From: Nitrospinales bacterium
Lineage (GTDB): Bacteria; Nitrospinota_A; UBA7883; JACRGQ01
Length of the DNA: 64,000 nt
Assembly: GCA_023248535.1 (NCBI GenBank)
Contig: JAHFEJ010000002.1
Coordinates: 2,714-66,713 of the forward strand
Direction of reading: 5' to 3'
Below the pieces are notes generated by a model, which saw nothing but the letters and a program-made list of their open reading frames with translations, was not told the origin of the DNA and ran no database searches. Both the position numbers and the translations under genes were made by a program. This document shows positions 9,779 to 18,779 of this stretch, piece after piece (position 1 is the stretch's first letter; every line of letters starts with the position of its first letter).

Positions 9779-10747
9779 TTATTGCCCGCCGCGGCAAAGT
9801 TCGAGTATCCGAAGCGCCATCTCGAGCGAGCGGAGTTCGTCTTTCACGCTCACCCGGCGGTCGGCTTCCCCTTTCGCGCAGGCGATGAGGTGGCGCAGTT
9901 CGAGGCGGAGCGGATTGTCGCGGTGGACGAATATCTTTTCGGAGGTCAACTCTTCCCGGTATTTCAGCTCTTGCCGGTTCACCTCGGTGGCGGCGCGGGC
10001 GAGCCGGTGGACGTGGATCTCCTGGTCGGCGAAATTGAGGCTGACGAAGTGCTCCTTGCAGGAGATGTTCATCAAGCGCGTTTTGAACTGCGTCACCCGG
10101 CTGGCGGTGAATGTGGCCAAGGTGCCGTTGGCGAATTTCACCTGCACGTCCACCGCGTCTTCCATTTGGGAAAATACCTTGGTTCCAATGACGTGTATCT
10201 GCGCCGGTTCGGCGTTGACGAGGCCGAGCACGATGTCGATATCGTGGATCATCAGGTCCAGCACCACGCTGTCGTCCTTCACCCGCGGATCGAACGGCCC
10301 CATCCGGCTGCACTGGATGAGCAGCGGCTCCGGCGCGAGCTTGTGCAGTTCCTGCACCGCGCCGTTAAAGCGCTCTATGTGCCCCACATGCAACACCACC
10401 CCCCTGGCGGCGGCCAGATCGAACAGCTCCTTGGCCTGTTGGTAATTGTTGGTGACCGGTTTTTCGATGATGGCGTGTTTGCCCGCGCCAAGCACCGCCA
10501 TGCCGACGGCGTGGTGCAGGGGGGTGGGCACCGCCACGCAGACCACATCCACATGGGGGAGCATGTCGAGGTAATCGCCAAAGTATTTAACGCGGTATTT
10601 TTCGGCGACAGCCCGGCCCCGCACGGGGCTCACGTCCGACACGGCGGCCAGCTGCACTTCCGGCATTTCGGACAGGACGTTGACGTGGAACTGCCCCATC
10701 CGTCCGGTGCCGATAACCCCTACGCGCGGCTTCCCTTCGATTTGCAT
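9779..10747 (-). CDS. Gfo/Idh/MocA family NAD(P)-dependent oxidoreductase
   Basis: 322 aa. Rossmann GxGxxG (VGVIGTGRMG) and the EKP motif (AIIEKP). Translationally abutting lpxI. A GnnA-like role is only an inference. Confidence 0.8.
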   Translation of the reverse strand: MQIEGKPRVGVIGTGRMGQFHVNVLSEMPEVQLAAVSDVSPVRGRAVAEKYRVKYFGDYLDMLPHVDVVCVAVPTPLHHAVGMAVLGAGKHAIIEKPVTNNYQQAKELFDLAAARGVVLHVGHIERFNGAVQELHKLAPEPLLIQCSRMGPFDPRVKDDSVVLDLMIHDIDIVLGLVNAEPAQIHVIGTKVFSQMEDAVDVQVKFANGTLATFTASRVTQFKTRLMNISCKEHFVSLNFADQEIHVHRLARAATEVNRQELKYREELTSEKIFVHRDNPLRLELRHLIACAKGEADRRVSVKDELRSLEMALRILELCRGGQ

Positions 10748-10840
10748 ATGGGTGGGATTATAACACCGCCGCGCGGAAAGAAAATAAGCTGATTATGCGC
10801 GTACGCATTCGGCTCTTCCGGCATTCCGGTGGATGAATTT

Positions 10841-10908
10841 AACCACTGAGGCACATGAGTCACAGAGGGATAAAGAGCGGGAGATTTTTTCTCCGTGGCT
10901 CTGTGGTT
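10841..10908. repeat. Palindromic intergenic element copy A (family TIR AACCACAGAGGCACAGAG / CTCTGTGCCTCTGTGGTT)
   Basis: AACCACTGAGGCACATGAGTCACAGAG...CTCCGTGGCTCTGTGGTT with a short unique core. Intergenic. Confidence 0.7.
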
Positions 10909-10925
10909 ATTATAAACAGCCTAAA

Positions 10926-11333
10926 TTACTTCACGCCTTTGGCGATCAAATGCTCCACATAAAGCAGGTCCGTCTTGAGAATGTGTTTGTACAGCCAGTC
11001 TTTCAGGAAATCCATGACCGCCATTGACAAAACGGTTTTGCCGCTGGTGAAATTGTTCAGCACGTCGGTGGCCTGTTTCGCCAGATCGTCGTGTTCCTTC
11101 TTGTGCGCGTCGTAACCGGAAAAGGCGTACTTTTTCATGTAGTCCTCTTCAATGGCGAAATGCGAGGCGGTGTAATTCACCAGTTCGGCAAGCACCTTCC
11201 CCATGACCTCTTTGCTTTTTCCGTGCAACATCGAGTCATGCAGTTCGTTAACCATCCCGAACAGCTTTTTGTGTTGATCGTCGATGCTTTTAATTTTGAC
11301 GCTGTACTTCTCGTCCCAAGGAATAAACGCCAT
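10926..11333 (-). CDS. Bacteriohemerythrin (hemerythrin HHE cation-binding domain)
   Basis: 135 aa. His/Asp/Glu ligand pattern (HF..E, H..EH, H..D) typical of hemerythrins. Confidence 0.75.
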   Translation of the reverse strand: MAFIPWDEKYSVKIKSIDDQHKKLFGMVNELHDSMLHGKSKEVMGKVLAELVNYTASHFAIEEDYMKKYAFSGYDAHKKEHDDLAKQATDVLNNFTSGKTVLSMAVMDFLKDWLYKHILKTDLLYVEHLIAKGVK

Positions 11334-11436
11334 AAATACCTCCAGTTAGCAGAATTTTATGTAACTATTTACAACACCCTATTGAAAGGCTAACATGAAA
11401 GAGTAATGGGGTCAAGTAGCTCCCGTACGCTGTGGA

Positions 11437-12087
11437 TTATGCGCGCTTGGGAAGGCGGCGGTTGCGGAAGAATTCCACCACGGCGGGGATGAAGGAGACA
11501 ACGATAATGCCGATGACAACCAGGCCGAAATGGCTCTTCACCGCCGGGATGTTGCCGAAAAAGTAGCCGCCATAGAGCAGCAGGCCTATCCAGGCGATAC
11601 AGCCCGCGACGGAATAGACGATGAATTTGGGGTAGTTCATCGCCCCGATGCCGGCGACGAACGGCACGAAGGTGCGGAAGAGCGGCATAAAGCGGGCCAG
11701 TATCACCGCTTTGGCGCCGTGCATTTCATAAAAAAGCTTTGTCCGTTCAAGATATTCCTCTTTCAGGAACGGTACCCAGCGCCATTTGAACACCTTGGGG
11801 CCGATGATGTCGCCGAGGGCGTAGTTGGTGATGTTCCCCAGCGTGGCCGCCACCGCCAGGGAAAAAAACAGCGTTTCGTGCGACAGGGCGCCCCCCGCCG
11901 CCAACGCGCCGAGGGCGAAGAGCAGCGAATCGCCGGGGAGGAATGGCGTCACCACCAGGCCGGTTTCGGCGAAGATGATGAGGAAGAGGATGCCGTAAGT
12001 CCACGCGCCGTACTCTTGCGCCAGTGTGCCCAGGTGCTGGTCGATATGCATGATGAACGGCACGAGGCTGGTGATGAATTCCATCAT
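11437..12087 (-). CDS. DedA/SNARE-associated family inner membrane protein
   Basis: 216 aa. DedA signature FAETGLVVTPFLPGDSLL and multiple TM helices. Confidence 0.85.
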   Translation of the reverse strand: MMEFITSLVPFIMHIDQHLGTLAQEYGAWTYGILFLIIFAETGLVVTPFLPGDSLLFALGALAAGGALSHETLFFSLAVAATLGNITNYALGDIIGPKVFKWRWVPFLKEEYLERTKLFYEMHGAKAVILARFMPLFRTFVPFVAGIGAMNYPKFIVYSVAGCIAWIGLLLYGGYFFGNIPAVKSHFGLVVIGIIVVSFIPAVVEFFRNRRLPKRA

Positions 12088-12089
12088 CA

Positions 12090-12182
12090 GTGATTCCCGC
12101 CTGCCAGCGTTTCCTTCAACTGGTCGAGATCATGGATGACGAGGATGCGCTCGGCAACATTTTCGATGAGTTTCAACATGGA
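12090..12182 (-). CDS. Possible 30-aa leader peptide translationally coupled to dedA
   Basis: MLKLIENVAERILVIHDLDQLKETLAGGNH. GGGAGAG Shine-Dalgarno 8 nt upstream. Its TGA overlaps the dedA ATG (ATGATGG). Confidence 0.3.
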
Positions 12183-12380
12183 TTGCAGTCTCTCCCAAGA
12201 TTCAGGTTTTCAGATTTGGAATTGTAGCTGATTTTCCGGTTAACCATGTCCTGTTTTTTGCCGCTGCAGGAAAGCCGAAGCTTAATACCCTGTCCTGAAT
12301 TAAAACAGCTGTCTCTGGCCTTATTGTAGACATTTCGTTGCGTGAGTATTTGAACATGTTGTATTGGCAGGCGTTATATG

Positions 12381-12398
12381 CTGGCATGAAGAATGCTT
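12381..12398 (+). promoter_or_regulatory. Candidate sigma-54 (-24/-12) promoter CTGGCATGAAGAATGCTT
   Basis: GG and GC dinucleotides at the canonical 12-nt spacing (TGGCAT-N5-ATGCT). About 65 nt upstream of the lipoprotein start. Confidence 0.25.
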
Positions 12399-12462
12399 TT
12401 ATAAGTGGTCAAGTATGGAAAATCACACGATCTTAACTATAACCTCTGAGAGAGAAAAGAAT

Positions 12463-13098
12463 ATGACGAAGAGTTTTTATCGCCGTGGCTCGCTGTTTTT
12501 TGCCGGATTAGCCATGATTTGGCTTTTCGCCGCGTGCGGCTCGGCGGCGACCAAGAATGGTGGGGAAAGCGGCGGCGGTGGAAACAATGAGGTTGAGGCG
12601 ACATCGAGCAATGAGACATCGCATGCCCAAACCAGTGGCACTGATACCACGGGTGAGCTGAATATTACAACCAGCACCAATACCAGCACGAATACCGCCA
12701 CCACCACAACCACCGCCACTTCCACCACCACCACAACTGCCGGCCAGACCGCGGTTTATACGGTGGCTTTTACCGTCAGCGCGGCGCCGGCCACCATCAC
12801 CTCCGCCACCACGCCGACCTTCACCTGGATCCCGGCTTCGCCCGCTTATAAGGTGTATGTGACATTGGCCGGTTCCACCACCATCAAGTGGGGCCTTAAG
12901 TGCGCCACCGGCACCAATTGCATCAACAGCCCGGTCAATCTGGGCGATCAATCCGTCACTGGCGCAACGGCTACGCCGGTTGGCGCCACACCGGCGGCCA
13001 CCACATTGGCGGCCGGCACCTATAACGTTGTTGTAGAAACCGCCAGCACCACCGGCACCATCTCGCAGGCCGGGTGGGTGGCGTTCACCGTTCAATAA
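12463..13098 (+). CDS. Thr/Ser-rich low-complexity lipoprotein
   Basis: Lipobox LFAAC. Poly-T/S linker (TTSTNTSTNTATTTTTATSTTTTT) followed by a beta-rich C-terminal domain. Good RBS (GAGAGAGAAAAG) before the ATG at 12463. Confidence 0.6.
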   Translation: MTKSFYRRGSLFFAGLAMIWLFAACGSAATKNGGESGGGGNNEVEATSSNETSHAQTSGTDTTGELNITTSTNTSTNTATTTTTATSTTTTTAGQTAVYTVAFTVSAAPATITSATTPTFTWIPASPAYKVYVTLAGSTTIKWGLKCATGTNCINSPVNLGDQSVTGATATPVGATPAATTLAAGTYNVVVETASTTGTISQAGWVAFTVQ

Positions 13099-13116
13099 GT
13101 TCTCTACCTCCTCCCC

Positions 13117-13157
13117 GCCCGCCGGATTCCTCCCACCGGAACCGGCGGGTTTTTTTT
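13117..13157 (+). terminator. Rho-independent terminator
   Basis: CCCGCCGG...CCGGCGGG stem followed by TTTTTTTT. Confidence 0.7.
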
Positions 13158-13194
13158 ACGCGCGGCGCGTGGATGGGAGAGCATTGGAGGGAAT

Positions 13195-13290
13195 GAACCA
13201 CAGAGGCGCGGAGACACTGAGAAACAGCGTGTTCAGGAGTGGCGTTAAGAAACCAGTTTTTAACTCTGTGCCTCTGGGGCTCTGTGGTTA
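13195..13290. repeat. Palindromic intergenic element copy B
   Basis: AACCACAGAGGCGCGGAGACACTGAG...CTCTGTGCCTCTGGGGCTCTGTGGTT. Confidence 0.7.
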
Positions 13291-13323
13291 TATGTATGCG
13301 GGAAGAGTCACAGAGAAGCGCGT

Positions 13324-14121
13324 TTAAGCGTCCGCCGCTACGCGGCTGGTGCCGCCCACGATGAAACCCCGTTTGCTTGCATTGATGAAATCGAGGATTT
13401 TCCGCACGGATCCGCTTTCGTCCGGCAGGGCCGCAAGCTCTTCCTTGGCTATTTTCAGGTTTCCCCGTTTGGCAAAAAGGATTTTGAACGCCTGTTTTAT
13501 CTCCGCCCGCGCCCCGTCTGAAAAGCCCTTCCGCTTCAGACCCACCATGTTGAAGGTGCGGATATGCGCGGGATTCCCCTGGGCCACCATGTAGGGAACC
13601 ACGTCCTGCAGGATGAGCGCGGCCCCCCCGATCATCGCGTATTCGCCCAGCCGGACAAACTGGTGGATGCCCGCATGCCCGCCGATGATAACGTGGTTAT
13701 GCACCGTTACGTGGCCGGCAAGCCCGGCGTAAGTGGTGATGATCACGTTGTCGCCGATGGCGCAGTCGTGCCCGATGTGCGTATTGGTCATGATCATGCA
13801 ATCGTCGCCAACCGCCGTGACACCGTTCTCGTCCTTGCTGCGGTGGATGCTGACGAGTTCCCGTATGTCGTTGTTTTGGCCGATCCGGACGAGTGACGGG
13901 ACCTCCTTCCAGATCAGCATCTGCGGGTTGCCGCCGATGATCGATCCGGCCCCTATCCTTGTTCCTTCGCCGATGCGCGCGTGATCCAGCCACGTTTGGG
14001 GGCCGATGACGCAGCGGGGGCCGATCTCGACGTTCGCCCCGATGACGGCAAAGGGGCCGACCGTGGCGGTGGCGTCTATCCGCGCGTCTTTATGGATGAC
14101 GGCCGAGGGATGGATGCTCAT
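13324..14121 (-). CDS. lpxA: Acyl-ACP--UDP-GlcNAc O-acyltransferase LpxA
   Basis: Left-handed beta-helix hexapeptide repeats. [15 protein letters not shown] start. An ATGA overlap couples it to fabZ. Confidence 0.9.
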   Translation of the reverse strand: MSIHPSAVIHKDARIDATATVGPFAVIGANVEIGPRCVIGPQTWLDHARIGEGTRIGAGSIIGGNPQMLIWKEVPSLVRIGQNNDIRELVSIHRSKDENGVTAVGDDCMIMTNTHIGHDCAIGDNVIITTYAGLAGHVTVHNHVIIGGHAGIHQFVRLGEYAMIGGAALILQDVVPYMVAQGNPAHIRTFNMVGLKRKGFSDGARAEIKQAFKILFAKRGNLKIAKEELAALPDESGSVRKILDFINASKRGFIVGGTSRVAADA

Positions 14122-14558
14122 TCTTCGACGCTCAACACGGCGGTGATATCGGCCTTGCAGGCAAGCTCGTCCCCCACATGCGCGGTTCCCGACAGCCACC
14201 AGATGCGCTGGCGGGTCTTTGTCACCTTCAGCTCGAGGATGAGGGTATCCCCCGGAACGACCTGGCGCTTGAATTTCGCCCCATCGATCCCGGCGAAGAG
14301 CAGGATCTTTCTGCCGGGGAGGTCTTTGATGGATTTGATGGCGAGGTAAGCACCGGCCTGCGCCATCGCCTCTATCATCAGCACGCCCGGCATGATCGGC
14401 TTCCCCGGGAAGTGGCCGTTGAAGAACGGCTCGTTCATGGTGACGTTTTTGATGGCCTTGACGGATTCATTCTCCTTCATCTCCAGCACCCGGTCGATCA
14501 GCAGGAACGGGTAGCGGTGCGGGATGGTTTCCATTATGTCGTTGATATCCATGTCCAT
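14118..14558 (-). CDS. fabZ: 3-hydroxyacyl-ACP dehydratase FabZ
   Basis: 146 aa hotdog fold. [12 protein letters not shown] active-site motif. Confidence 0.92.
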   Translation of the reverse strand: MDMDINDIMETIPHRYPFLLIDRVLEMKENESVKAIKNVTMNEPFFNGHFPGKPIMPGVLMIEAMAQAGAYLAIKSIKDLPGRKILLFAGIDGAKFKRQVVPGDTLILELKVTKTRQRIWWLSGTAHVGDELACKADITAVLSVEE

Positions 14559-14564
14559 GAACGG

Positions 14565-15566
14565 TCATTCCCCTTTCTTCTCAAGCGCCGTAAGGCGGCG
14601 CAATATTTCAGGTCCGCGGCGGTAGGCCACTTCGGCCCGCCGCCATTCGTTGATCGGCATTGCGTAGCCGCCGCCGAAGATGCCGGGGCCGATGTCGCCG
14701 GTGACGCCGGTTTTTCCCGCGATGAATGTGTTATCGGCGATGGTGATGTGGTCGGCCATGCCGACCAGCCCGCCGATGGTGACGTGTTTGCCGATGGTGA
14801 CGGAACCGGCGATACCGCATCCGGCGGCGATGACGGTGTGATCGCCGATGACGCAGTTGTGGCCGATCTGCACCAGGTTGTCGATCTTCACCCCGTCGCC
14901 GATGACCGTCTCGTCCAGCATCGCGCGGTCGATGCAGCTGTTCGCGCCGATCTCCACGTCGTCCCCGATCCGCACGCGGCCAATGTGGCTAACTTTAATG
15001 CGGCGGCCCCCCTCGCCGGTAAGGAACTTGAAGCCGTCCGCCCCGATGACCGCCCCGGCGTGGATGATGGCCCGCTTGCCGATGGCGGTATGGGGATAGA
15101 TGGTGACGTTGGGATGGATGACGCTGTTATCGCCGATCGCGGTGCTTTCCCCGATGGAGGCGGATTGATGGATGACGACGTTATCTCCCAGCCGCGATCC
15201 CGCGCCGATGCTGGCGTAGGGGCCGACGTGGCATCCGTGGCCCAGCTTGGCTTCCAGGTGGACGGTGGCGGTGGGATGAATCCCGGGGGCCGGTTTTTTC
15301 GCGGGGTGCAAGGCGTCCATCGCCGTGGCGAAGGCAATGGCGGGATTTTTTACTTCGATGACATTGATCCCCTCCAGCCTCATGCCGGGGGAAACAATGG
15401 CGCAGGCGGGACGCCGTCCGCCGAGTTGGGGGACGAACTTTTTATCTTCGAGGAATACAATGCCCCCCGGCCCCGCATTGGCGAGCGACGAACAGCGGGC
15501 GGCTTCCTGTTCCGGGTCGCCGACGAGCGTTCCCCCCACCAGCGCGGCAATCTCCTTTAATCGCAT
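14565..15566 (-). CDS. lpxD: UDP-3-O-(3-hydroxyacyl)glucosamine N-acyltransferase LpxD
   Basis: 333 aa. N-terminal LpxD domain followed by hexapeptide repeats. Canonical lpxD-fabZ-lpxA order. Confidence 0.9.
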   Translation of the reverse strand: MRLKEIAALVGGTLVGDPEQEAARCSSLANAGPGGIVFLEDKKFVPQLGGRRPACAIVSPGMRLEGINVIEVKNPAIAFATAMDALHPAKKPAPGIHPTATVHLEAKLGHGCHVGPYASIGAGSRLGDNVVIHQSASIGESTAIGDNSVIHPNVTIYPHTAIGKRAIIHAGAVIGADGFKFLTGEGGRRIKVSHIGRVRIGDDVEIGANSCIDRAMLDETVIGDGVKIDNLVQIGHNCVIGDHTVIAAGCGIAGSVTIGKHVTIGGLVGMADHITIADNTFIAGKTGVTGDIGPGIFGGGYAMPINEWRRAEVAYRRGPEILRRLTALEKKGE

Positions 15567-15624
15567 GGCGTCATTGTATAGCGGCCCCCCGCCAAAAAAA
15601 AGTGCTTCTCCGGCTTATGAATAT

Positions 15625-15718
15625 AACCACAGAGGCCCAGAGGCACAGAGCCGCAAAAAAGATTTTTGATGTCATTCACCAACAAGCTGTTTCTCCGTGC
15701 CTCCGTGGCTCTGTGGTT
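15625..15718. repeat. Palindromic intergenic element copy C
   Basis: AACCACAGAGGCCCAGAGGCACAGAG...CTCCGTGCCTCCGTGGCTCTGTGGTT. Confidence 0.7.
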
Positions 15719-15780
15719 TTTTGTCTCTAAAAAGCGGGGATTCCTTGCAAGGTTGCGCCGCCGCGCTTACACTTGAGGCG

Positions 15781-17223
15781 ATGACGCAAAAAATACTTTT
15801 CGTCGCGCCGCCGACAAACGCCACGAAACAGCTTACGCCCGACCTCGGCATCGGCTTCCTGGCATCCGCCCTGCGCGATGCGGGGTTTTCGGTCGATTTC
15901 ATCGATGTGCGCCGCGACGGTTTCTCCCGCGCGGCATTTATCCAGCGGCTGCGGCGCGAGCCGTACCTCTTCGTGGGGGTGAAGGTTTTTTCCACTTCGC
16001 TGCCGGAAGCGAACGAAGTGCTGAACGCCGTGCGCGAGGCGTTGCCGCAAACGAAGATCGTCATCGGCGGCCCCCACCCCACCTACGCGCCGGTTGACGC
16101 GCTGAAAAGCTGCCCCGCCGCCGACGTTGGCATCATCGGCGAAGGGGATGTGGCGGTGGTTGCGCTGGCCAATGCCTTCGCACAGGGGAACAGCGTCGCC
16201 GACATCGAGGCCATCGCGTTCCGCGACGGCAGCACGATACGGGTGAATGGGCGAAAGTCGTTCCTCGATCTCGAACGGCTGCCGATCCCGGCGTGGGATC
16301 TCATCGATCCGCGCCGTTATGTGGGCCACGAAGACCTCTGGTTCTTCAGCAAGGGGAAAGTGACCGCGCCGATATCGGTCGGCCGCGGCTGCCCGTTCAA
16401 GTGCACCTTCTGTTCCGATTTCATCGTGGCGGGGCGCAACGTCCGCTACCGCCCCGTTGAAAAGGTGATGGACGAGATCGCGCTGCTGGTGAACGAATAC
16501 GGCGTCGACGAGATACACCTCACCGATTCCATTTTCACCATCAACAAAAAGTACGTCTACTCCTTCTGCGAGAACTTGCAAAAACGGAACCTGAAAATCC
16601 ACTGGGCCACCCCTTATGGCACGCGGCTGGATACGCTGGATGTGGAACTGCTGGGCGCGATGGAGCAGGCGGGCTGCTACGGCACCTCCGTCGGCATAGA
16701 GGCGGGCAGCGACCCGATGCTGGCCTTCATGAAAAAGGGGGTTACGGTGGCGCTGGTGGAGGAAAAAATCGCGCTCATCAAGACGAATACCAAGTGGCTG
16801 GTGCAGGGGTTCTTCATTTTAGGCTATCCCACTGAAACGCGCGAAACGATGCGCGCGACCATCGATCTGGCCTGCCGCCTGCCGCTCGATATGGCGGTCT
16901 TTGCGCCGTTCCGCGCCACGCCGGGAACGGAAGTGGCGGCCTACCTCGCCGCGAACGAGCCGGAGTTCACCCCCAAATGGGGAAACCAAACCGTTGAGCA
17001 ACTTGTTTACCACCCGCGCGGCATCGGCGTGGAAGAGCTGGAGCAGTGGCATCGCCGCGCGTACCGCGCGTTCTACTTCCGCCCGCGGGTGGCGTGGCGC
17101 TATCTGATGATGATACGCGGTAAGAAGGAGCTGCGGCTCCTCGCCACCAAATTCAAGAACCGCATCTTCCGCCGCGCATCAGTTGAGGCGGATTCCACCT
17201 CTCCTCCCGTCTGGGCCTCGTGA
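15781..17223 (+). CDS. B12-binding domain radical SAM protein (class B)
   Basis: N-terminal cobalamin-binding-like domain. CPFKCTFC (CxxxCxxC) radical SAM motif. Confidence 0.8.
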   Translation: MTQKILFVAPPTNATKQLTPDLGIGFLASALRDAGFSVDFIDVRRDGFSRAAFIQRLRREPYLFVGVKVFSTSLPEANEVLNAVREALPQTKIVIGGPHPTYAPVDALKSCPAADVGIIGEGDVAVVALANAFAQGNSVADIEAIAFRDGSTIRVNGRKSFLDLERLPIPAWDLIDPRRYVGHEDLWFFSKGKVTAPISVGRGCPFKCTFCSDFIVAGRNVRYRPVEKVMDEIALLVNEYGVDEIHLTDSIFTINKKYVYSFCENLQKRNLKIHWATPYGTRLDTLDVELLGAMEQAGCYGTSVGIEAGSDPMLAFMKKGVTVALVEEKIALIKTNTKWLVQGFFILGYPTETRETMRATIDLACRLPLDMAVFAPFRATPGTEVAAYLAANEPEFTPKWGNQTVEQLVYHPRGIGVEELEQWHRRAYRAFYFRPRVAWRYLMMIRGKKELRLLATKFKNRIFRRASVEADSTSPPVWAS

Positions 17224-17224
17224 T
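17206..17224. repeat. 19-bp direct repeat DR1 (CCCGTCTGGGCCTCGTGAT) at the 3' end of the radical SAM gene
   Basis: Identical copy at 17957-17975. The flanking CCTCC context is also duplicated. Confidence 0.8.
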
Positions 17225-17276
17225 GGTATATTTCATGGTATGGATTGTATAAAGCCCCGATAAAGGGAATGGCATA

Positions 17277-17606
17277 ATGAGATTGCCAAAGGAAGTTATC
17301 ATTCCGGATGAAAAGCTCACGCGCTATCTTCTTGTTCCCCGGAATTGGGATGACAAGTCCAAATATCTTGCCCAAGCCGGATTCACCCAACGCAACCCGG
17401 ACGATCTGAAAGAGGCATTGACGGCTCTTGCGGCAACGTCGGAAACCGTGCAAGATGGTACAAATGAGTATGGTGAATTTCTGCGGACCGATGGCGCGTT
17501 AACGGGCCCGAACGGACGCGAACTTCCCGTAGCCGCCATTTGGCTGCGCTGGCGTATGGATGGGAGCGTCCATTTTGTGACCTTAAAACCGAGAAAGGAA
17601 AAATAG
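17277..17606 (+). CDS. DUF6883-like protein
   Basis: 109 aa. KLTRYLL...KSKYLAQAGFT pattern typical of DUF6883 partners of DUF4926. Confidence 0.55.
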   Translation: MRLPKEVIIPDEKLTRYLLVPRNWDDKSKYLAQAGFTQRNPDDLKEALTALAATSETVQDGTNEYGEFLRTDGALTGPNGRELPVAAIWLRWRMDGSVHFVTLKPRKEK

Positions 17607-17608
17607 CC

Positions 17609-17857
17609 ATGGGAATCGCGCTTTACCAGCGGGTGGCTTTGGCCGTTGACGAGCCGGAGCTGAACCTCAAAAAAGGGGATGTCGCCATGCTTGTTGATCA
17701 TGTTCCGCATCCTTCCGGCGGGGAAAATGGTTATGTATTGGAAATATTCAATGCGCTGGGCGAGTCCATCACCACTGTAACCGTAAGGGAATCCCATGTT
17801 GAACCGTTGCAGGCGGATGAGGTATTAAGCGTCCGCCATATGGCGAAGGTGGGATAA
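17609..17857 (+). CDS. DUF4926-like small protein
   Basis: 82 aa. KKGDVAMLV...YVLEIFNALGESITTVTV...LQAD pattern. Starts 2 nt after the DUF6883 stop. Confidence 0.55.
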   Translation: MGIALYQRVALAVDEPELNLKKGDVAMLVDHVPHPSGGENGYVLEIFNALGESITTVTVRESHVEPLQADEVLSVRHMAKVG

Positions 17858-17956
17858 AGTTTAGGATCTGTTTTATGAGCTGTGTAAGTAGCCATTGTTA
17901 CGGTGGCCGTCAAACGGCATGCCTAAGTTGTCAACCTGTAACCTGCCCTCCCTCCC

Positions 17957-17975
17957 CCCGTCTGGGCCTCGTGAT
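17957..17975. repeat. 19-bp direct repeat DR2 (CCCGTCTGGGCCTCGTGAT)
   Basis: Exact duplicate of 17206-17224. Closes the DUF6883/DUF4926 cassette. Confidence 0.8.
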
Positions 17976-18006
17976 ATAATTTCTCCCAATTCATAAGGAG
18001 AAAAGG

Positions 18007-18747
18007 ATGTCGTCAGCTTTATGGTTTGTGGCGGTCTTCAGCGCGGCGGTGATTGTGCATGAATTGGGACATTTTTTGGCCGCCCGCCGTTGCGGCTTGC
18101 TGGTGGGGGAATTCGCCATCGGCTTTCCCTTCAGCCCGCGTGTTATCACCCTCTTCAGCCACCGCGAGACCGAATTCACCATCCGGCTGTTGCCAATCGG
18201 CGGCTTTATCGGTTTTTCCGGCGGGGACGAGCCGGGCGGATTTGGCGCTCTTTCATCACGGCAAAAACTTGTTGTTATCGCCGCCGGACCGGTTTTTAAT
18301 ATCGTTTTCGCGGGAATTCTCTTCCCCCTCTATTTCATGTTCCATGCCGGGATGCCGCTTCTCGCGGCGGTGGCAAAGTCGGCCGTCCTCATGCAAACCG
18401 CGTTCATAGGCACAGGCCAGTTTCTGTTTCATCTCGTCAGCACCGGCTCGCTGGATGGGCTTGCAGGGCCGGTCGGCATAGCGTCGATGGCCGGCGCTGC
18501 GGCTCTGGCGGGGGTTTGGAGCATCATTTATTTCGTGGCGGTGTTAAGCCTGAGCCTTGGCATTATGAATTTCCTGCCGCTTCCGGCGCTGGATGGCGGC
18601 CAGATCGTCATGCTCGCCGCCGAACGCCTCAAAGGCTCGCCGTTCAGCGAACGGACGCTTGCATTGGTCAATAACGCGGGGATGGCCCTGCTGCTTCTGC
18701 TTTCGGCGGTGGTGACGGTAAAGGACGTAGCCGCCCTGTTGGCGTAG
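18007..18747 (+). CDS. M50 family site-2 protease-like membrane metalloprotease (no PDZ domain)
   Basis: HELGH zinc motif in TM1. NFLPLPALDGG second motif. Confidence 0.8.
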   Translation: MSSALWFVAVFSAAVIVHELGHFLAARRCGLLVGEFAIGFPFSPRVITLFSHRETEFTIRLLPIGGFIGFSGGDEPGGFGALSSRQKLVVIAAGPVFNIVFAGILFPLYFMFHAGMPLLAAVAKSAVLMQTAFIGTGQFLFHLVSTGSLDGLAGPVGIASMAGAAALAGVWSIIYFVAVLSLSLGIMNFLPLPALDGGQIVMLAAERLKGSPFSERTLALVNNAGMALLLLLSAVVTVKDVAALLA

Positions 18748-18779
18748 CAATCTCACGATAAGCTTTATCGGCAGTATGG

